Shown here in pieces: positions 9,267 through 19,239 of a DNA stretch of 39,089 bases. A model generated the notes under the pieces. It did no database searches and had not been told where the DNA came from. It saw only the letters and a list, made by a program, of their open reading frames with translations. Origin of the DNA: Candidatus Velthaea sp. (lineage in GTDB: Bacteria; Vulcanimicrobiota; Vulcanimicrobiia; Vulcanimicrobiales; Vulcanimicrobiaceae); contig JBEKHC010000042.1 in the NCBI GenBank assembly GCA_050012475.1, positions 1 to 39,089 on the forward strand. Direction: 5' to 3'. Each line of letters starts with the position of its first letter. Within the stretch, counting starts at the first letter, position 1. The translations under genes and the position numbers were made by a program.

Positions 9267-10775
9267 TTAGTGGATGAGGCCGATCACCGTCTGCAAATTC
9301 TCATTTGCCGTGGTGATGCTCTTGCTGTTCGCGGTAAACGCGTTCTGGGCGGTGATGAGTTTGGTGAACTCGTCGGCCAGCGAGACGTTGGACATCTCGA
9401 GTGAATCGCCCGCGATGGTTCCGAATTGACCGCTGCCGGCGATACCGATTTCGGCTTGTCCGGACGCGGGTGAAGCGGAATACGTGTTGCTGCCGTTGCG
9501 CAGCAGACCTTGCTGGTTCTGAAACGCCGCCAGCGCAACGCGCGCCAGCGTTTCCGTTTGACCGTTGGTGAACGAGCCGGTGATCGTCCCGTCTTCCGCC
9601 ACCGACATGTTGGACAGCGTGCCGGGAGCCACACCGTTCTGCCCCGTGCTGAGCGCTTGGGCTGCCGAGGCGTTGGACGTCATCGACGAAAAGTCCAGTC
9701 CGATGGGTCCGGGAGTCGTGGTGGTCGTCGCTGAATTGTTGCCGCCCGTCGCCCCACCCCATTGCGACACCATGAGTTGGTCGCCGGTCGCCGCCGACGG
9801 CGTTCCCGTCGCCTGGTGCGTGGCGGCTCCGCCCAACACCGTGCCGACCGGCGGTGCGGCCGTCCCGGACGTGTTGATGAACTGACCGTTCTGATCGAAG
9901 AAGGCGTATTGGGTGTCGGTCGTCGTCGATGTACCCGCGGCGGTCTTGAACAGCGTGCCGTCGGTCGAGGTGACCGTATACGCCCATTCCGTCGCCGCGG
10001 TCACCGCACTTCCGGCCGCGTTGTCGACCTGGAACGGAAGCGGGGCCAGACCGGCGTTCGAGAGTTCGGGCGCGAACGTGATCTGCACGAGATGCGGATC
10101 GCCGAGCGAGTCGTAAATAGTCGTTCCCGCGGTTGCCAGATTGCCCGCGGTGACGCCGCCATTCGATACGGCCGAGGCATACTGCGTCGAGTCGAGATTG
10201 CCGGCGAACGTCATGTCGAAGACTTTGTCGCCCGCCGGGCCCAGCTTGGTCCCGGCACCCGTAGCAACTGCTTGCGACTTGAGCCCGATCGGAATTTGGA
10301 TCGGCTGCGGCGCGCCGGCGGTGACGATATTCCCCGCGGCATTGGCCGTGTACCCCATGACGCCCAGCCCGCTGGACGGATCGTAGAGCATGCCGTTGTT
10401 GTTGAGCGAGAAGTCGCCGTCGCGGGTATATTTGGGCGCACCGGTGCCGTCGATGTTGTTGAGGATGAAATAGCCGTCGCCGTTGATCATCATGTTGGTG
10501 TTGACCCCGGTGGTCTGGACGGCCCCTTGAGCGGTGTTCGTATCGCTCTCGCCGATCTTGACGCCGATGCCGACCTGCTGCGCGTTGATACCGCCGTTGG
10601 TTTTCGAGGGCCCCGACGCCGGCAATTGGGTCTGATACAGCAAATCCTGAAAGGTCAGGTTTTGCGCCTTGTAGGCCGTCGTCCCGACGTTGGCGATATT
10701 GTTCGAGATGACGTCGATCTGCGCTTGGTAGGCGTCCATCCCGCTGACGCCGATGTTCATTGAATCGGAGGGCAT
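9267..10775 (-). CDS. flgE: Flagellar hook protein FlgE
   Basis: GVSGMDAYQAQIDVISNNIANVGT, YTRDGDF and LEMSNVSLADEFTKLITAQNAFTANSKSITT; 502 aa; follows flgD. Confidence 0.95.
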   Translation of the reverse strand: MPSDSMNIGVSGMDAYQAQIDVISNNIANVGTTAYKAQNLTFQDLLYQTQLPASGPSKTNGGINAQQVGIGVKIGESDTNTAQGAVQTTGVNTNMMINGDGYFILNNIDGTGAPKYTRDGDFSLNNNGMLYDPSSGLGVMGYTANAAGNIVTAGAPQPIQIPIGLKSQAVATGAGTKLGPAGDKVFDMTFAGNLDSTQYASAVSNGGVTAGNLATAGTTIYDSLGDPHLVQITFAPELSNAGLAPLPFQVDNAAGSAVTAATEWAYTVTSTDGTLFKTAAGTSTTTDTQYAFFDQNGQFINTSGTAAPPVGTVLGGAATHQATGTPSAATGDQLMVSQWGGATGGNNSATTTTTPGPIGLDFSSMTSNASAAQALSTGQNGVAPGTLSNMSVAEDGTITGSFTNGQTETLARVALAAFQNQQGLLRNGSNTYSASPASGQAEIGIAGSGQFGTIAGDSLEMSNVSLADEFTKLITAQNAFTANSKSITTANENLQTVIGLIH

Positions 10776-10798
10776 TTCCAGACCTTTCGTGTCATGTT

Positions 10799-10856
10799 CC
10801 GCGTCGCGTCATTCCGTCGGCAGCGCGGTCGAAGCCCCTCGTGGGAGGTCCGCTTC
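10799..10856 (-). promoter_or_regulatory. Structured leader upstream of flgE (two hairpins, GGA-rich)
   Basis: Minus strand GAAGC-GGA-CCTC-CCAC-GAGG-G-GCTTC, then CCGCG...GACGGAATGAC...CGCGG, in the 115-nt TIGR02530-flgE gap. Confidence 0.4.
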
Positions 10857-10890
10857 GCTTGAGTGATGTGAGGGTTCTCGGAGTTGGGGC

Positions 10891-11289
10891 TTACTTGATG
10901 ATCGCCGCTGAATCGATGTTGGTGAACACGTTCTCTTTCATCGAGTCGTGATCGACCGCCGTGATGACGGTCCGGTTCTTGATCGAGACGACCATCGCAA
11001 CGTCGTTCATCAAGAACAGCGATTGTTTCGCGCCTTTGGCCGCGGCCTTATCGGCCATGGCGTTCATGCGCGCGACGTCGTCGGTCGTGAGTTTGATATT
11101 GCGGGATTCTAAGCGCTGCATTGCATGGGCACTGAACTTGAGTGACGTTCCGGCCGTCGCGGCAGCCGTGTCGCGCAGGACGTCGCGAAACGGCGTCGCG
11201 CCTGAGGGCGGAATCGTGACGGGCGTTCCCGGCGGCCGGGCCGGCGCGATGACCGGCGGGACGATGACGCTCTTGACAGGGTCAGCCAT
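10891..11289 (-). CDS. Flagellar operon protein, TIGR02530 family
   Basis: LKFSAHAMQRLESRNI...KAAAKGAKQSL...VVSIKNRTVITAVD...KENVFTNIDSAAII; canonical position between flgD and flgE. Confidence 0.92.
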   Translation of the reverse strand: MADPVKSVIVPPVIAPARPPGTPVTIPPSGATPFRDVLRDTAAATAGTSLKFSAHAMQRLESRNIKLTTDDVARMNAMADKAAAKGAKQSLFLMNDVAMVVSIKNRTVITAVDHDSMKENVFTNIDSAAIIK

Positions 11290-11293
11290 GGCA

Positions 11294-11830
11294 CTATTGG
11301 CTGATCGCAGTAATTTGCGAGGTGGTGAACTCGATCGGCGAGCCGTTCGAATCGACGATGGCGTTGCCGCTGGAGTCGACCATGGTAAATTCCGGCGTGC
11401 CGTTGACCACTTGAATCGACTTGACGGTGCCCGAGACGGTCGACGAATTTCCGGTCGAATCCGTGGTTGCCACCGTCACTTTGTCGCCCAACAATCCGCT
11501 GGCTTGCGAAACGGCGAAGTTCGATTCGAAGTCGGCGAAGTTCGTCGCCATATTCGTTGTCGCTTGCAGCGACGAAAACTGCGCGAGTTCCGCGACCGAC
11601 TGCGTGTCGTCCATCGGATTGAGCGGATCTTGATTCTGGAGCTGCGTGGTGAGCAGGGTGAGAAAATCGTTCTCCCCCAGCGCCGTATTCGAGTTCGTCG
11701 AAGACGTCGTCCCCGTCGTCGACGAAGCGCTGTTCGAATTCGCGGCGGCCGTCGAACCCGGCGTGGTCGTCGCGGCGGTCGACTGCGTCGAGCGGAGCAT
11801 GGCACTGGGAAAGGCAGTTGCTTCGGTCAT
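11294..11830 (-). CDS. flgD: Flagellar hook capping protein FlgD
   Basis: [39 protein letters not shown] signature. Confidence 0.96.
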   Translation of the reverse strand: MTEATAFPSAMLRSTQSTAATTTPGSTAAANSNSASSTTGTTSSTNSNTALGENDFLTLLTTQLQNQDPLNPMDDTQSVAELAQFSSLQATTNMATNFADFESNFAVSQASGLLGDKVTVATTDSTGNSSTVSGTVKSIQVVNGTPEFTMVDSSGNAIVDSNGSPIEFTTSQITAISQ

Positions 11831-11839
11831 GAAGTTCTC

Positions 11840-13639
11840 CTAAGCTAAGTAATTGAAGTCTGCGGCGCCGGTCGCCGCCGGCACCGAGGGGCCGAACGAC
11901 GGAATCGCGGCGAGCGCCGTTTCGTCGGTTTCGTTGTCGCCGTCGGCCGTCGCGCTCGCGCGCCGCGGCCCGCTTTGGGTCTGCGATTGCTGGTTTTGCT
12001 GTTGCGAGAATCCGGCGAAACCGCCGCCCGACAGATCGACGCTGAAACTCGCGAGCTTCAGTCCGGCTTCGGCCAGCGACTTGGTGAGCTGCGGTTGCGC
12101 TGCGACGAGCGCATCGTGGGCCTCGGGCGTGTCGGCGACGACATGCGCTGCAACGCTGCCTGCCGTGACGACGAGCTTGACGCTGACGTCACCCAGCGCT
12201 TCGGGAACGAGCGAAAGCCGGATCTCCGACGTTCCGCCGGTGGTGCGCAGAAACGCTCCGCGCAGAACTTGGTCGGCAATCGCGCTGTGATCGACCGGCG
12301 CGGGGGCGCTCGGCGCCGTCGTTGCGGCCGCCGCGGCGGCCGGCTCGATTGGGCGTGACGCGACCGGCACGACCGCCGCAGCTTGGTTGTCGGCAAGCGC
12401 ATGGGCCGGCGCCGGTGCGGCCGCAGCTTGACCGTCACGTTGGCCCGGCCGCGCCGGCGTGGCCGAACCGTCCGCTTCGAGCGCCGCCTCGAACGCGCGC
12501 ACGAAGGCGGCGAGCGCGGAATTCGCCGGAGTGGCTTGTAACGAGGGAGCCGGCGACCCTTCGGCGTTCAGGGCGGCGTTTGGCGCCGACGGATCGGCCG
12601 CCGGGAAGGTCGACGCCGCGCGCTGCGCGGTCAACGCTGCCGCCGCCGGCGCCGGTGCGGTGTTGGCCGCCGGGGCCGCCGGTTCGACGGACGGCGCCGC
12701 CGCAGCGGCGCGCGCATCGGCGGCCAGCACCGCACGCGTCAAGATCCGGCCCAAACCCGTATCGCCGCCGGTCGAGACCGCTGCGCGCGACCCGATATTC
12801 ACTCGCCGTCCGTCGCCGCCGGCCGCGCCGGTGGCTGCCGGAAGCGTCACGGATGCGAACGCGCCTTCGGCAGCAGTTGCGAAAACCGCAGGCGAGGTCG
12901 CTGCGGACGACGACGCGGCAGTCGCCGCGGCCGCAAACACTGGCACGCTCGCGCTCGATCGGGAACCATGGGCCGCAGCCGCGGTCGCCGGACCGACGCG
13001 ACTCGGCGTGGAATTAGGCGCGACGGGAATCGGCATGACGCCGCTCTGCGCGACGGCATTCGCCGCTAACGCGTCGTCGCTGGTCGTTGTCCGGGCCGGG
13101 ATGTCTTTCGCTCGTTGAGCGTCCAAAACGTTTCCCGCGATTCTCTTCTGCTGCCCTGACGGTTGGCCGGCGATCGCATTGGCGAGGTTTGCGAGCCGGG
13201 TAAATCGTTGCGCGAGGCTGAGCGCACGTTCGCCGGCCGGCGCGCTCGCCGGATCGCCGCGCCCCGGCGGTGCAAGCGCCGTGGCAAAGAGCGTCTGCAA
13301 GGTGCTGCGGGCGTCAGCGCCCGGCGTTTGCACCGTTTGCGCGACCGACGACGCAAGCTGCGCAGCTAATGCGGCGATGACATCGGCTTGCGGCGCCCCG
13401 CCTACGAGCAATTTGCTGATTTTCGTTTGCAACGCTTGAAGCGTCGCCGTGTCGGCCGGGACGAACGTCGTCTGGGCCGGCGTCGCAGCGGCTTTCGCCG
13501 AGCGCACACTGCCGGCAAGCGCCGTCCGGAAGAGACCGGCATCGACTGCCGTCGCCGCTTTCGTTGTCGCACCGCCCGCTGTTCCGTCGGCCGGCGTTTT
13601 GCCGCCCGCGGGGATCAGATCGAGTATGACGTTGTTCAT
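11840..13639 (-). CDS. fliK: Flagellar hook-length control protein FliK
   Basis: Ala/Pro-rich low-complexity body and C-terminal T3S4 domain (IRLSLVPEALGDVSVKL...L.KSLAEAGL, Q-rich tail); likely ATG at 13639 preceded by AGGTGG. Confidence 0.88.
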   Translation of the reverse strand: MNNVILDLIPAGGKTPADGTAGGATTKAATAVDAGLFRTALAGSVRSAKAAATPAQTTFVPADTATLQALQTKISKLLVGGAPQADVIAALAAQLASSVAQTVQTPGADARSTLQTLFATALAPPGRGDPASAPAGERALSLAQRFTRLANLANAIAGQPSGQQKRIAGNVLDAQRAKDIPARTTTSDDALAANAVAQSGVMPIPVAPNSTPSRVGPATAAAAHGSRSSASVPVFAAAATAASSSAATSPAVFATAAEGAFASVTLPAATGAAGGDGRRVNIGSRAAVSTGGDTGLGRILTRAVLAADARAAAAAPSVEPAAPAANTAPAPAAAALTAQRAASTFPAADPSAPNAALNAEGSPAPSLQATPANSALAAFVRAFEAALEADGSATPARPGQRDGQAAAAPAPAHALADNQAAAVVPVASRPIEPAAAAAATTAPSAPAPVDHSAIADQVLRGAFLRTTGGTSEIRLSLVPEALGDVSVKLVVTAGSVAAHVVADTPEAHDALVAAQPQLTKSLAEAGLKLASFSVDLSGGGFAGFSQQQNQQSQTQSGPRRASATADGDNETDETALAAIPSFGPSVPAATGAADFNYLA

Positions 13640-13727
13640 TCCCACCTGTCGTTCGCGACGCGTCCCGGCTTCGAAACCGCTGCATGCTGCCATGCCGCAG
13701 CTTCCGCCCGTGTGCGTCTTAACAGAG

Positions 13728-13754
13728 TTTTCGGCCGGCGGCGCGCAAAGTTGA
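13728..13754 (-). promoter_or_regulatory. Sigma-28-type promoter upstream of fliK
   Basis: Minus strand TCAACTTT-N11-GCCGAAAA versus extended consensus TAAAGTTT-N11-GCCGATAA. Confidence 0.6.
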
Positions 13755-13812
13755 GTCTGAAATTTGACCGTGGACACGGGGGCGCAGCCCTCGAAGCGAA
13801 ACCTCGGTTTCT

Positions 13813-16395
13813 ATGGGGAACAGCGAAGCCGAACACGGCTGCCTGGTCGTCACGGGATCGTCGGCCGGCGGCATCGAGGCACTGTCCGTCGTCCTCGGCG
13901 CACTGCCGTCTGATTTCGGCGCGCCGGTCGTCGTCGCTCAGCATCTCGACCCGGCGGTCCCCAGCAGCTTGGCGGCGATTCTGGGCAAACACACCAAGCT
14001 CCACGTCGTGGCCGTGGACGACTCTGAGCCGCTCGAACCGGCGACGGTCTACGTCGTTCCGTCCGACCGCCAAGTCGAGATCACCGACGGCTGCGTGCAG
14101 GTGCGTAGCGACGGACAACTTCGCCGGCCCAAACCGTCGATCGATTTGCTCTTCGCGTCCGCCGCTGCCGCGTTCGGCGAACGGCTCATCGCCGTCGTTC
14201 TAACCGGGATGGGATCCGACGGCCGCAACGGCGCGCGAGCGGTCAAGCAGCACGGCGGAATCGTGATCATCGAAGACCCGCAAACGGCGAGTTTCCCGTC
14301 GATGCCCGGATCGCTGGAACCGGGGTTGGTCGACGTGATCGCGCCGCTCGACGAGATCGGGCCCGAACTCACGCGGCTCGTCGGCGAAGCGAGCGACCTG
14401 CCCGACGATCTCCCGATCATGCAGAAGCTCTTCGAGCGCTTCCGGACGACGAGCGGCATCGATTTCTCGCATTACAAGATGTCCACCGTTAAGCGCCGGC
14501 TGGCGCGCCAGATGACGTTGAGCGGCAAGCGCAACTTGGCCGAATACCTTACCCATCTGACCAACGATCCGGCGGAATTCAATTTACTCGCCAGCACGTT
14601 CTTGATCAAAGTCACCGAGTTTTTCCGCGACGGCCCGTTCTTCGACAAGCTGCGCAGCGAGATCGTCCCAGAGTTAGTGGAGGAAGCACGCCGGCGCGGG
14701 GCCCACGAACTGCGCGTATGGTCGGCCGGCTGCGCGACGGGCGAAGAGGCGTATTCGATCGCGATGCTGATCGCCGAAGCGCAGCACGGCGAACCCGACG
14801 GGCTCAACGTGCGCGTCTTCGGCACCGATATCGACGAGGCGGCGATCTCCTTCGCCCGGCACGGCCTCTATCCGCTCAAGAGCGTCGCCGCGGTTGCGCC
14901 GGAATTGGTCAAACGCTATTTCAACGTGACCGAAGCCGGCGCCGAGGTCGTCAAGAGCCTGCGCAGTATGACCGTCTTCGGTCAGCACGACCTGGCGCAG
15001 CGCGCACCGTTTCCCCGCATCGATCTAGCGCTCTGCCGCAACGTGCTGATCTATTTTTCGAAGGAACTCCAGCAGCGCACGCTGCACGTCTTCGCCTTTA
15101 GTTTGCGCAACGGGGGTTACCTCGCGCTGGGAAAATCCGAGACGACCAACCCGCTGGCCGACTATTTCGAGGTCGTCGACTCCGGGTTGAGAATCTTTCG
15201 CCGCTGCGGCGAACGCGTGACGATCCCGTCCGCGGCACCGACCAAGCCGCTGCAGAAGCTGCGCCGAACCGACACGCTGCACCAGCCGTTCCCGGCGTTC
15301 GAACCGAATTCGCGCGACAACCGCTTCACCGTCAACGAGAAGCTCGGCGCGTTCCTCACCGGTTCGTCGATCGGCGTCATCCTCGTCGATCGTCACTATG
15401 ATATCTTGTCGATCAACGCCAGCGCCCGCCGGATGTTCAATTTGCACGGCGTCGCCATCGGCGAGGATCTCGTTCATCTCGTCCCGCCCGACGCGTCGGG
15501 ACTGATCCGCACGGTGCTGGACAGTGCGCTGCGCAGTCAGCAGCCGACGGCGGGGGGTGAAGAACTCGAGATTCACGCGGACGACGATGAACCGCGGTTT
15601 CTTTCGGTTCTGTGCTATCCCGAACAACTCGCCGGGGCGCAAGCCAGCGGCGCAGTGATCCTCGCCGTCGACGTCACCGAAATCGCCGTCGCGCGCCGCG
15701 CATCGCTGCACTCGATGGGCGCGCAAGCGCGCGAGATGGAGGAACTGCGCCGGTTTCAAATCCAAGCACGCGAACGCCAACGCAGCCTAGTCGAAGCCAA
15801 TCAGCAGCTCGCGCAAGCCAACTCGGACTTGCGGGCTCAGAACGATGCCCTCGTCATCAATGCCGAGGAAGCCGAAGCCGCAACCGAAGAGATCGAAACG
15901 CTCAACGAAGAGATGCAGGCGACGAACGAAGAACTCGAGACGCTCAACGAAGAATTTCAGGCAACGATCGAAGAGCTCAATACGACCAACGACGAACACG
16001 AAGCGCGGGCGCGCGAACTGAACAACGAAGCCGCAGCGCGCGAAGAGCGGCGCGCAGCGAGCGAGCGCGCCGCCGGTGCGCTCGCGGCGATCGTCGACAG
16101 CTTGCCGGCTGCGGTCGCTGCCGTCGACGCGCAGGGCGCGATCGTCGTGGCCAATCAACGATTCCGCGACATCCAGGCCGGGGCGACGGAGACCTCGGTG
16201 CAGATCGATGACGACGCCGGCGCGACGATCCCGCTGAACATCGTGCTGCGACGGGCCGGCGAAGGCCACGAGTTTTCATTTACGTATCGCTCGATCGCGG
16301 CCGATCAGGTCCGGAGCATCTATCTCGGTCACGCGCGACCGCTCGGCATCGGCGCCGGCGCGTGCAGCATCGTCGAACTCGTCGAGCAGCGTTAA
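13813..16395 (+). CDS. CheB methylesterase/CheR methyltransferase fusion with PAS domains and coiled coil (no kinase domain)
   Basis: CheB triad motifs GSSAGG, AQHL and LTGMGSDG; CheR motifs VTEFFRD, RVWSAGCATGEEAYS, GTDID and LCRNVLIYF; PAS; EE..TNEELETLNEE coiled coil; second PAS-like segment. Confidence 0.93.
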   Translation: MGNSEAEHGCLVVTGSSAGGIEALSVVLGALPSDFGAPVVVAQHLDPAVPSSLAAILGKHTKLHVVAVDDSEPLEPATVYVVPSDRQVEITDGCVQVRSDGQLRRPKPSIDLLFASAAAAFGERLIAVVLTGMGSDGRNGARAVKQHGGIVIIEDPQTASFPSMPGSLEPGLVDVIAPLDEIGPELTRLVGEASDLPDDLPIMQKLFERFRTTSGIDFSHYKMSTVKRRLARQMTLSGKRNLAEYLTHLTNDPAEFNLLASTFLIKVTEFFRDGPFFDKLRSEIVPELVEEARRRGAHELRVWSAGCATGEEAYSIAMLIAEAQHGEPDGLNVRVFGTDIDEAAISFARHGLYPLKSVAAVAPELVKRYFNVTEAGAEVVKSLRSMTVFGQHDLAQRAPFPRIDLALCRNVLIYFSKELQQRTLHVFAFSLRNGGYLALGKSETTNPLADYFEVVDSGLRIFRRCGERVTIPSAAPTKPLQKLRRTDTLHQPFPAFEPNSRDNRFTVNEKLGAFLTGSSIGVILVDRHYDILSINASARRMFNLHGVAIGEDLVHLVPPDASGLIRTVLDSALRSQQPTAGGEELEIHADDDEPRFLSVLCYPEQLAGAQASGAVILAVDVTEIAVARRASLHSMGAQAREMEELRRFQIQARERQRSLVEANQQLAQANSDLRAQNDALVINAEEAEAATEEIETLNEEMQATNEELETLNEEFQATIEELNTTNDEHEARARELNNEAAAREERRAASERAAGALAAIVDSLPAAVAAVDAQGAIVVANQRFRDIQAGATETSVQIDDDAGATIPLNIVLRRAGEGHEFSFTYRSIAADQVRSIYLGHARPLGIGAGACSIVELVEQR

Positions 16396-16414
16396 CAGTT
16401 CTTTCCGCAACCTG

Positions 16415-17443
16415 TTAAGGCAGTCCGGCGGCGCTTTCCAACAGTCGCGCGGCGGTCTTGGGCGGCAACTCGCTGACGATGTCCGCGACGGCGTCCGCCG
16501 GCATCTGGCTGAACACCGCCTTGACGTAACTGTCCGGCAGCAGCTTGATGATCGCGGCGGCTTTGTCGGCGTCCATCCCGGCCCAGTATTCCGCAACCCG
16601 TTTGACTTCGTCCGAAACGGCGGCCGGCGAAGCGGACGCTCCGGGTGCCGGCTTGGCCGCCGCGTCGGCCTGCAGCTGCTTGAGCTGCGACTTGAGCTGA
16701 CCGATCTGCGCGTCTTTCTGGGCCGCTGTTTTGCGATCGCTTTCGAGCGGCTTAGCCGCGTTGGTTCCGGCACCAGCCCGAGCCACCGGTTTTGCGCCGG
16801 ACGTTTCCGCCGCGGCGGGCGATTGTGCCGGTCCGGCAACCGGCGATGCCGCCGTCGCAGCGGCCGATTTCGCGTCCGTAGCAGCGGGCGATTTCGCATC
16901 CGTAGCAGCCGGCGATTTGGCGTCCGCAGCAGCGGGCGATTTGGCGTCCGCAGCAGCGGGCGATCCTGTCGGCCCAGCATCGGGAGCTTTCGTGGCTGCA
17001 GCAGCGGGCGATGCCGTCGGCGCAGCGTCAGGCGATTTGGCCGGCGCTGCAGCGGGCGCTTTCGTCGCGGCCGCATCCGGCGATTTCGCCGGCAACGCGG
17101 CGATCGTTTTGGCGGCGCCGGGTTTGTGATCGAAGCGGGCGAGCAACGGACCGAGCGGACTTTTCACCAGCAGCGCGTGCGTGGGCGGCAGGAAAAACGC
17201 GAGCACGAGCGCAGCGACGAGCGCGCCTGGGACGAGCACGAAAACGATCGGGAAGCCCTTCTTCTTGTCCGAATGCTCTCTGGGCGGTTTGGGCGGTTTG
17301 GGCTCCTTGGGTTTTTTCGGCTCTTTGGGCTTCTTGGGCTCTTTGGGCTTCTTTTCTTTTTTTGGTTTCTTGGCTTTCTTGCCCGATTCGGCGGCCTCAG
17401 CCGGCTCGCCCGAATCGATGCTATCCCGGATCTCATCGCTCAT
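16415..17443 (-). CDS. MotE/YlxF-like flagellar protein (MgtE N-domain-like C-terminus) with low-complexity repeats
   Basis: One TM segment; C-terminal VAEYWAGMDADKAAAII...VFSQMPADAVADIVSELPPKTAARL; position after fliJ as for ylxF/motE. Confidence 0.75.
   Translation of the reverse strand: MSDEIRDSIDSGEPAEAAESGKKAKKPKKEKKPKEPKKPKEPKKPKEPKPPKPPREHSDKKKGFPIVFVLVPGALVAALVLAFFLPPTHALLVKSPLGPLLARFDHKPGAAKTIAALPAKSPDAAATKAPAAAPAKSPDAAPTASPAAAATKAPDAGPTGSPAAADAKSPAAADAKSPAATDAKSPAATDAKSAAATAASPVAGPAQSPAAAETSGAKPVARAGAGTNAAKPLESDRKTAAQKDAQIGQLKSQLKQLQADAAAKPAPGASASPAAVSDEVKRVAEYWAGMDADKAAAIIKLLPDSYVKAVFSQMPADAVADIVSELPPKTAARLLESAAGLP
16840..17095. repeat. Coding 24-bp tandem repeats (8-aa SPAAADAK/SPAATDAK units)
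   Basis: Four near-identical CGATTT(C/G)GC(G/A)TCCG(T/C)AGCAGC(G/C)GG units at 16865-16960 plus degenerate flanking copies. Confidence 0.85.
17281..17375. repeat. Coding KKPKEP-type low-complexity repeats
   Basis: TTTGGGCT-rich repeats encoding KKPKKEKKPKEPKKPKEPKKPKEPKPPKPP. Confidence 0.8.
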
Positions 17444-17901
17444 GCTCGCTCTTCCTTTTCATTTTGAGCGCGCCCGTAGCGGCGCGCGTTTTGATCGTCG
17501 ACCTCGCGCTGTTCGACCAGCGCCGCGTCGGCGCGAAAGGCTTCGTGGCGTCGCGTGCGCAGCGTTTCGAGCACTTTGCGGTCGGTGTTCGCTGCCATCA
17601 GTTTGGCTTGCGCGCGCGTCACTTCATCGCCGCAGGCCGCCACGCGCACCGTTTGTTCGTCGATCGAACGATCGAGGTAAGCCAAATGCGCGTAGGCTGC
17701 GCGCAGCTCTTCGACCCCAAACGACCGGTGATCGCGCGTGAGCGCGTCGCGCCGCGCTTCGCGGTCGCGCGCAAGATTGGCCAGCACCGTTTCGGCCTCG
17801 AGCAGGTCGCGCGCTTTGAGCGCGAGATCGCGCTGGCATTCGTCCACGACCCGTTCGCGGACCTCGAGGACCGGCTGCAGCCGAAAGCGGAAGCGCGACA
17901 T
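17440..17901 (-). CDS. fliJ: Flagellar export chaperone FliJ
   Basis: [15 protein letters not shown]...DRKVLETLR...EQREVDD; overlaps the fliI stop (alternative TTG start at 17904). Confidence 0.93.
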   Translation of the reverse strand: MSRFRFRLQPVLEVRERVVDECQRDLALKARDLLEAETVLANLARDREARRDALTRDHRSFGVEELRAAYAHLAYLDRSIDEQTVRVAACGDEVTRAQAKLMAANTDRKVLETLRTRRHEAFRADAALVEQREVDDQNARRYGRAQNEKEERA

Positions 17902-19235
17902 CAACCAAGCTCCAGAATCGCGCGCTGCGCCGCCTCGAACGTCGATTCATCGTTGACGCCTTGACGCAGGAACGCGCGAATATCCTCAAAGCGCGCAATC
18001 GCCAAGTCGACGCGCGGATTCGATCCGGCCACGTACGCGCCGATGTTGATGAGATCTTCCGCTTCGCGGTAGGTCGCCATCAGATCGCGCACCGCCGAAG
18101 CGGCTTTGGCGTGCTCGCGTGAAACCACATCCGACATCACCCGGCTCACGCTGGCCAAAACGTCGATGGCCGGATAGTGATTCGCGGCTGCGAGCTTGCG
18201 CGACAGCACGATGTGCCCGTCGAGAATCGAGCGCACGGCGTCGGCGACCGGCTCGTTCATATCGTCGCCGTCTACGAGGACCGTGTACAGTCCGGTGATC
18301 GTACCGCGCTCGGACGTTCCGGCGCGCTCGAGCAGCTTGGGCAGCAGTGCGAAGACGGACGGGGTATAGCCGCGCGTGGTCGTCGGTTCGCCGATCGCCA
18401 AACCGACTTCGCGCTGCGCCATCGCGAAACGCGTCACGCTGTCCATCATGAGCATGACGTCGAGCCCGGCATCGCGGAAATATTCCGCTATTCGGGTCGC
18501 CACGAACGCTGCTTTGATCCGAATGAGCGCCGGCTGATCGCTGGTCGCGACGATGACGACCGAACGGCGCAGACCGGCTTCACCCAGATCGCGCTCGACG
18601 AAATCACGCACTTCTTTGCCGCGTTCACCGACGAGTGCGATGACGTTCACGTCGGCTTCCGTATTGCGCGCGATCATGCCCATGATGGTCGATTTGCCGA
18701 CCCCGCTGCCGGCGAAAATACCCACGCGCTGGCCGCGGCCGCAGGTGAGCAGACCGTCCACCGCGCGAACTCCGAGTGAGAGCGGCGTATCGACACGGCG
18801 CCGAGTGAGCGCGTTGGGCGGAATGCCGCTTATTTCGGCCGGTTTCGCACCTGCCACGCGTCCCTTGCCGTCAAGGGGGCGCCCGAGCCCGTCGAGCACC
18901 CGTCCCAACAGCGCGCGCGATAATCCCACTTGCAGCGGCTTCCCAAGCGCCACCACATCTGAGCCGGCGCTGATGCCGCCCAAATCCCCCAGCGGCATCA
19001 GCAGCACGCTGCGGTCGCGAAAGCCGACGGCCTCGGCCAGCACCGGGTCGGCGTTGCGTTTATAGCTGATGTGCGCCGTCTCGCCGATCGACATCGACGG
19101 CCCGTTCGATTCGACCACGACGCCGATGACTTGCCGCACCTTACCGTTCTGACGCATCAGATCGCCCGACCGCAGCTCGCTCAGATAACGGTCGGCGCTG
19201 AACGCGGCTGGGCTTTCGCTCCGGCTCTTCGTCAT
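17901..19235 (-). CDS. fliI: Flagellar export ATPase FliI
   Basis: [11 protein letters not shown]alker [20 protein letters not shown] and [10 protein letters not shown]. Confidence 0.97.
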   Translation of the reverse strand: MTKSRSESPAAFSADRYLSELRSGDLMRQNGKVRQVIGVVVESNGPSMSIGETAHISYKRNADPVLAEAVGFRDRSVLLMPLGDLGGISAGSDVVALGKPLQVGLSRALLGRVLDGLGRPLDGKGRVAGAKPAEISGIPPNALTRRRVDTPLSLGVRAVDGLLTCGRGQRVGIFAGSGVGKSTIMGMIARNTEADVNVIALVGERGKEVRDFVERDLGEAGLRRSVVIVATSDQPALIRIKAAFVATRIAEYFRDAGLDVMLMMDSVTRFAMAQREVGLAIGEPTTTRGYTPSVFALLPKLLERAGTSERGTITGLYTVLVDGDDMNEPVADAVRSILDGHIVLSRKLAAANHYPAIDVLASVSRVMSDVVSREHAKAASAVRDLMATYREAEDLINIGAYVAGSNPRVDLAIARFEDIRAFLRQGVNDESTFEAAQRAILELG

Positions 19236-19239
19236 GGCG

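Noticed and set aside
13719..16398. TTAACAG direct repeats flanking the CheB/CheR gene as a target-site duplication
   Set aside because: Only 7 bp, one copy includes the stop codon, and there is no transposase or terminal inverted repeat; chance is plausible.
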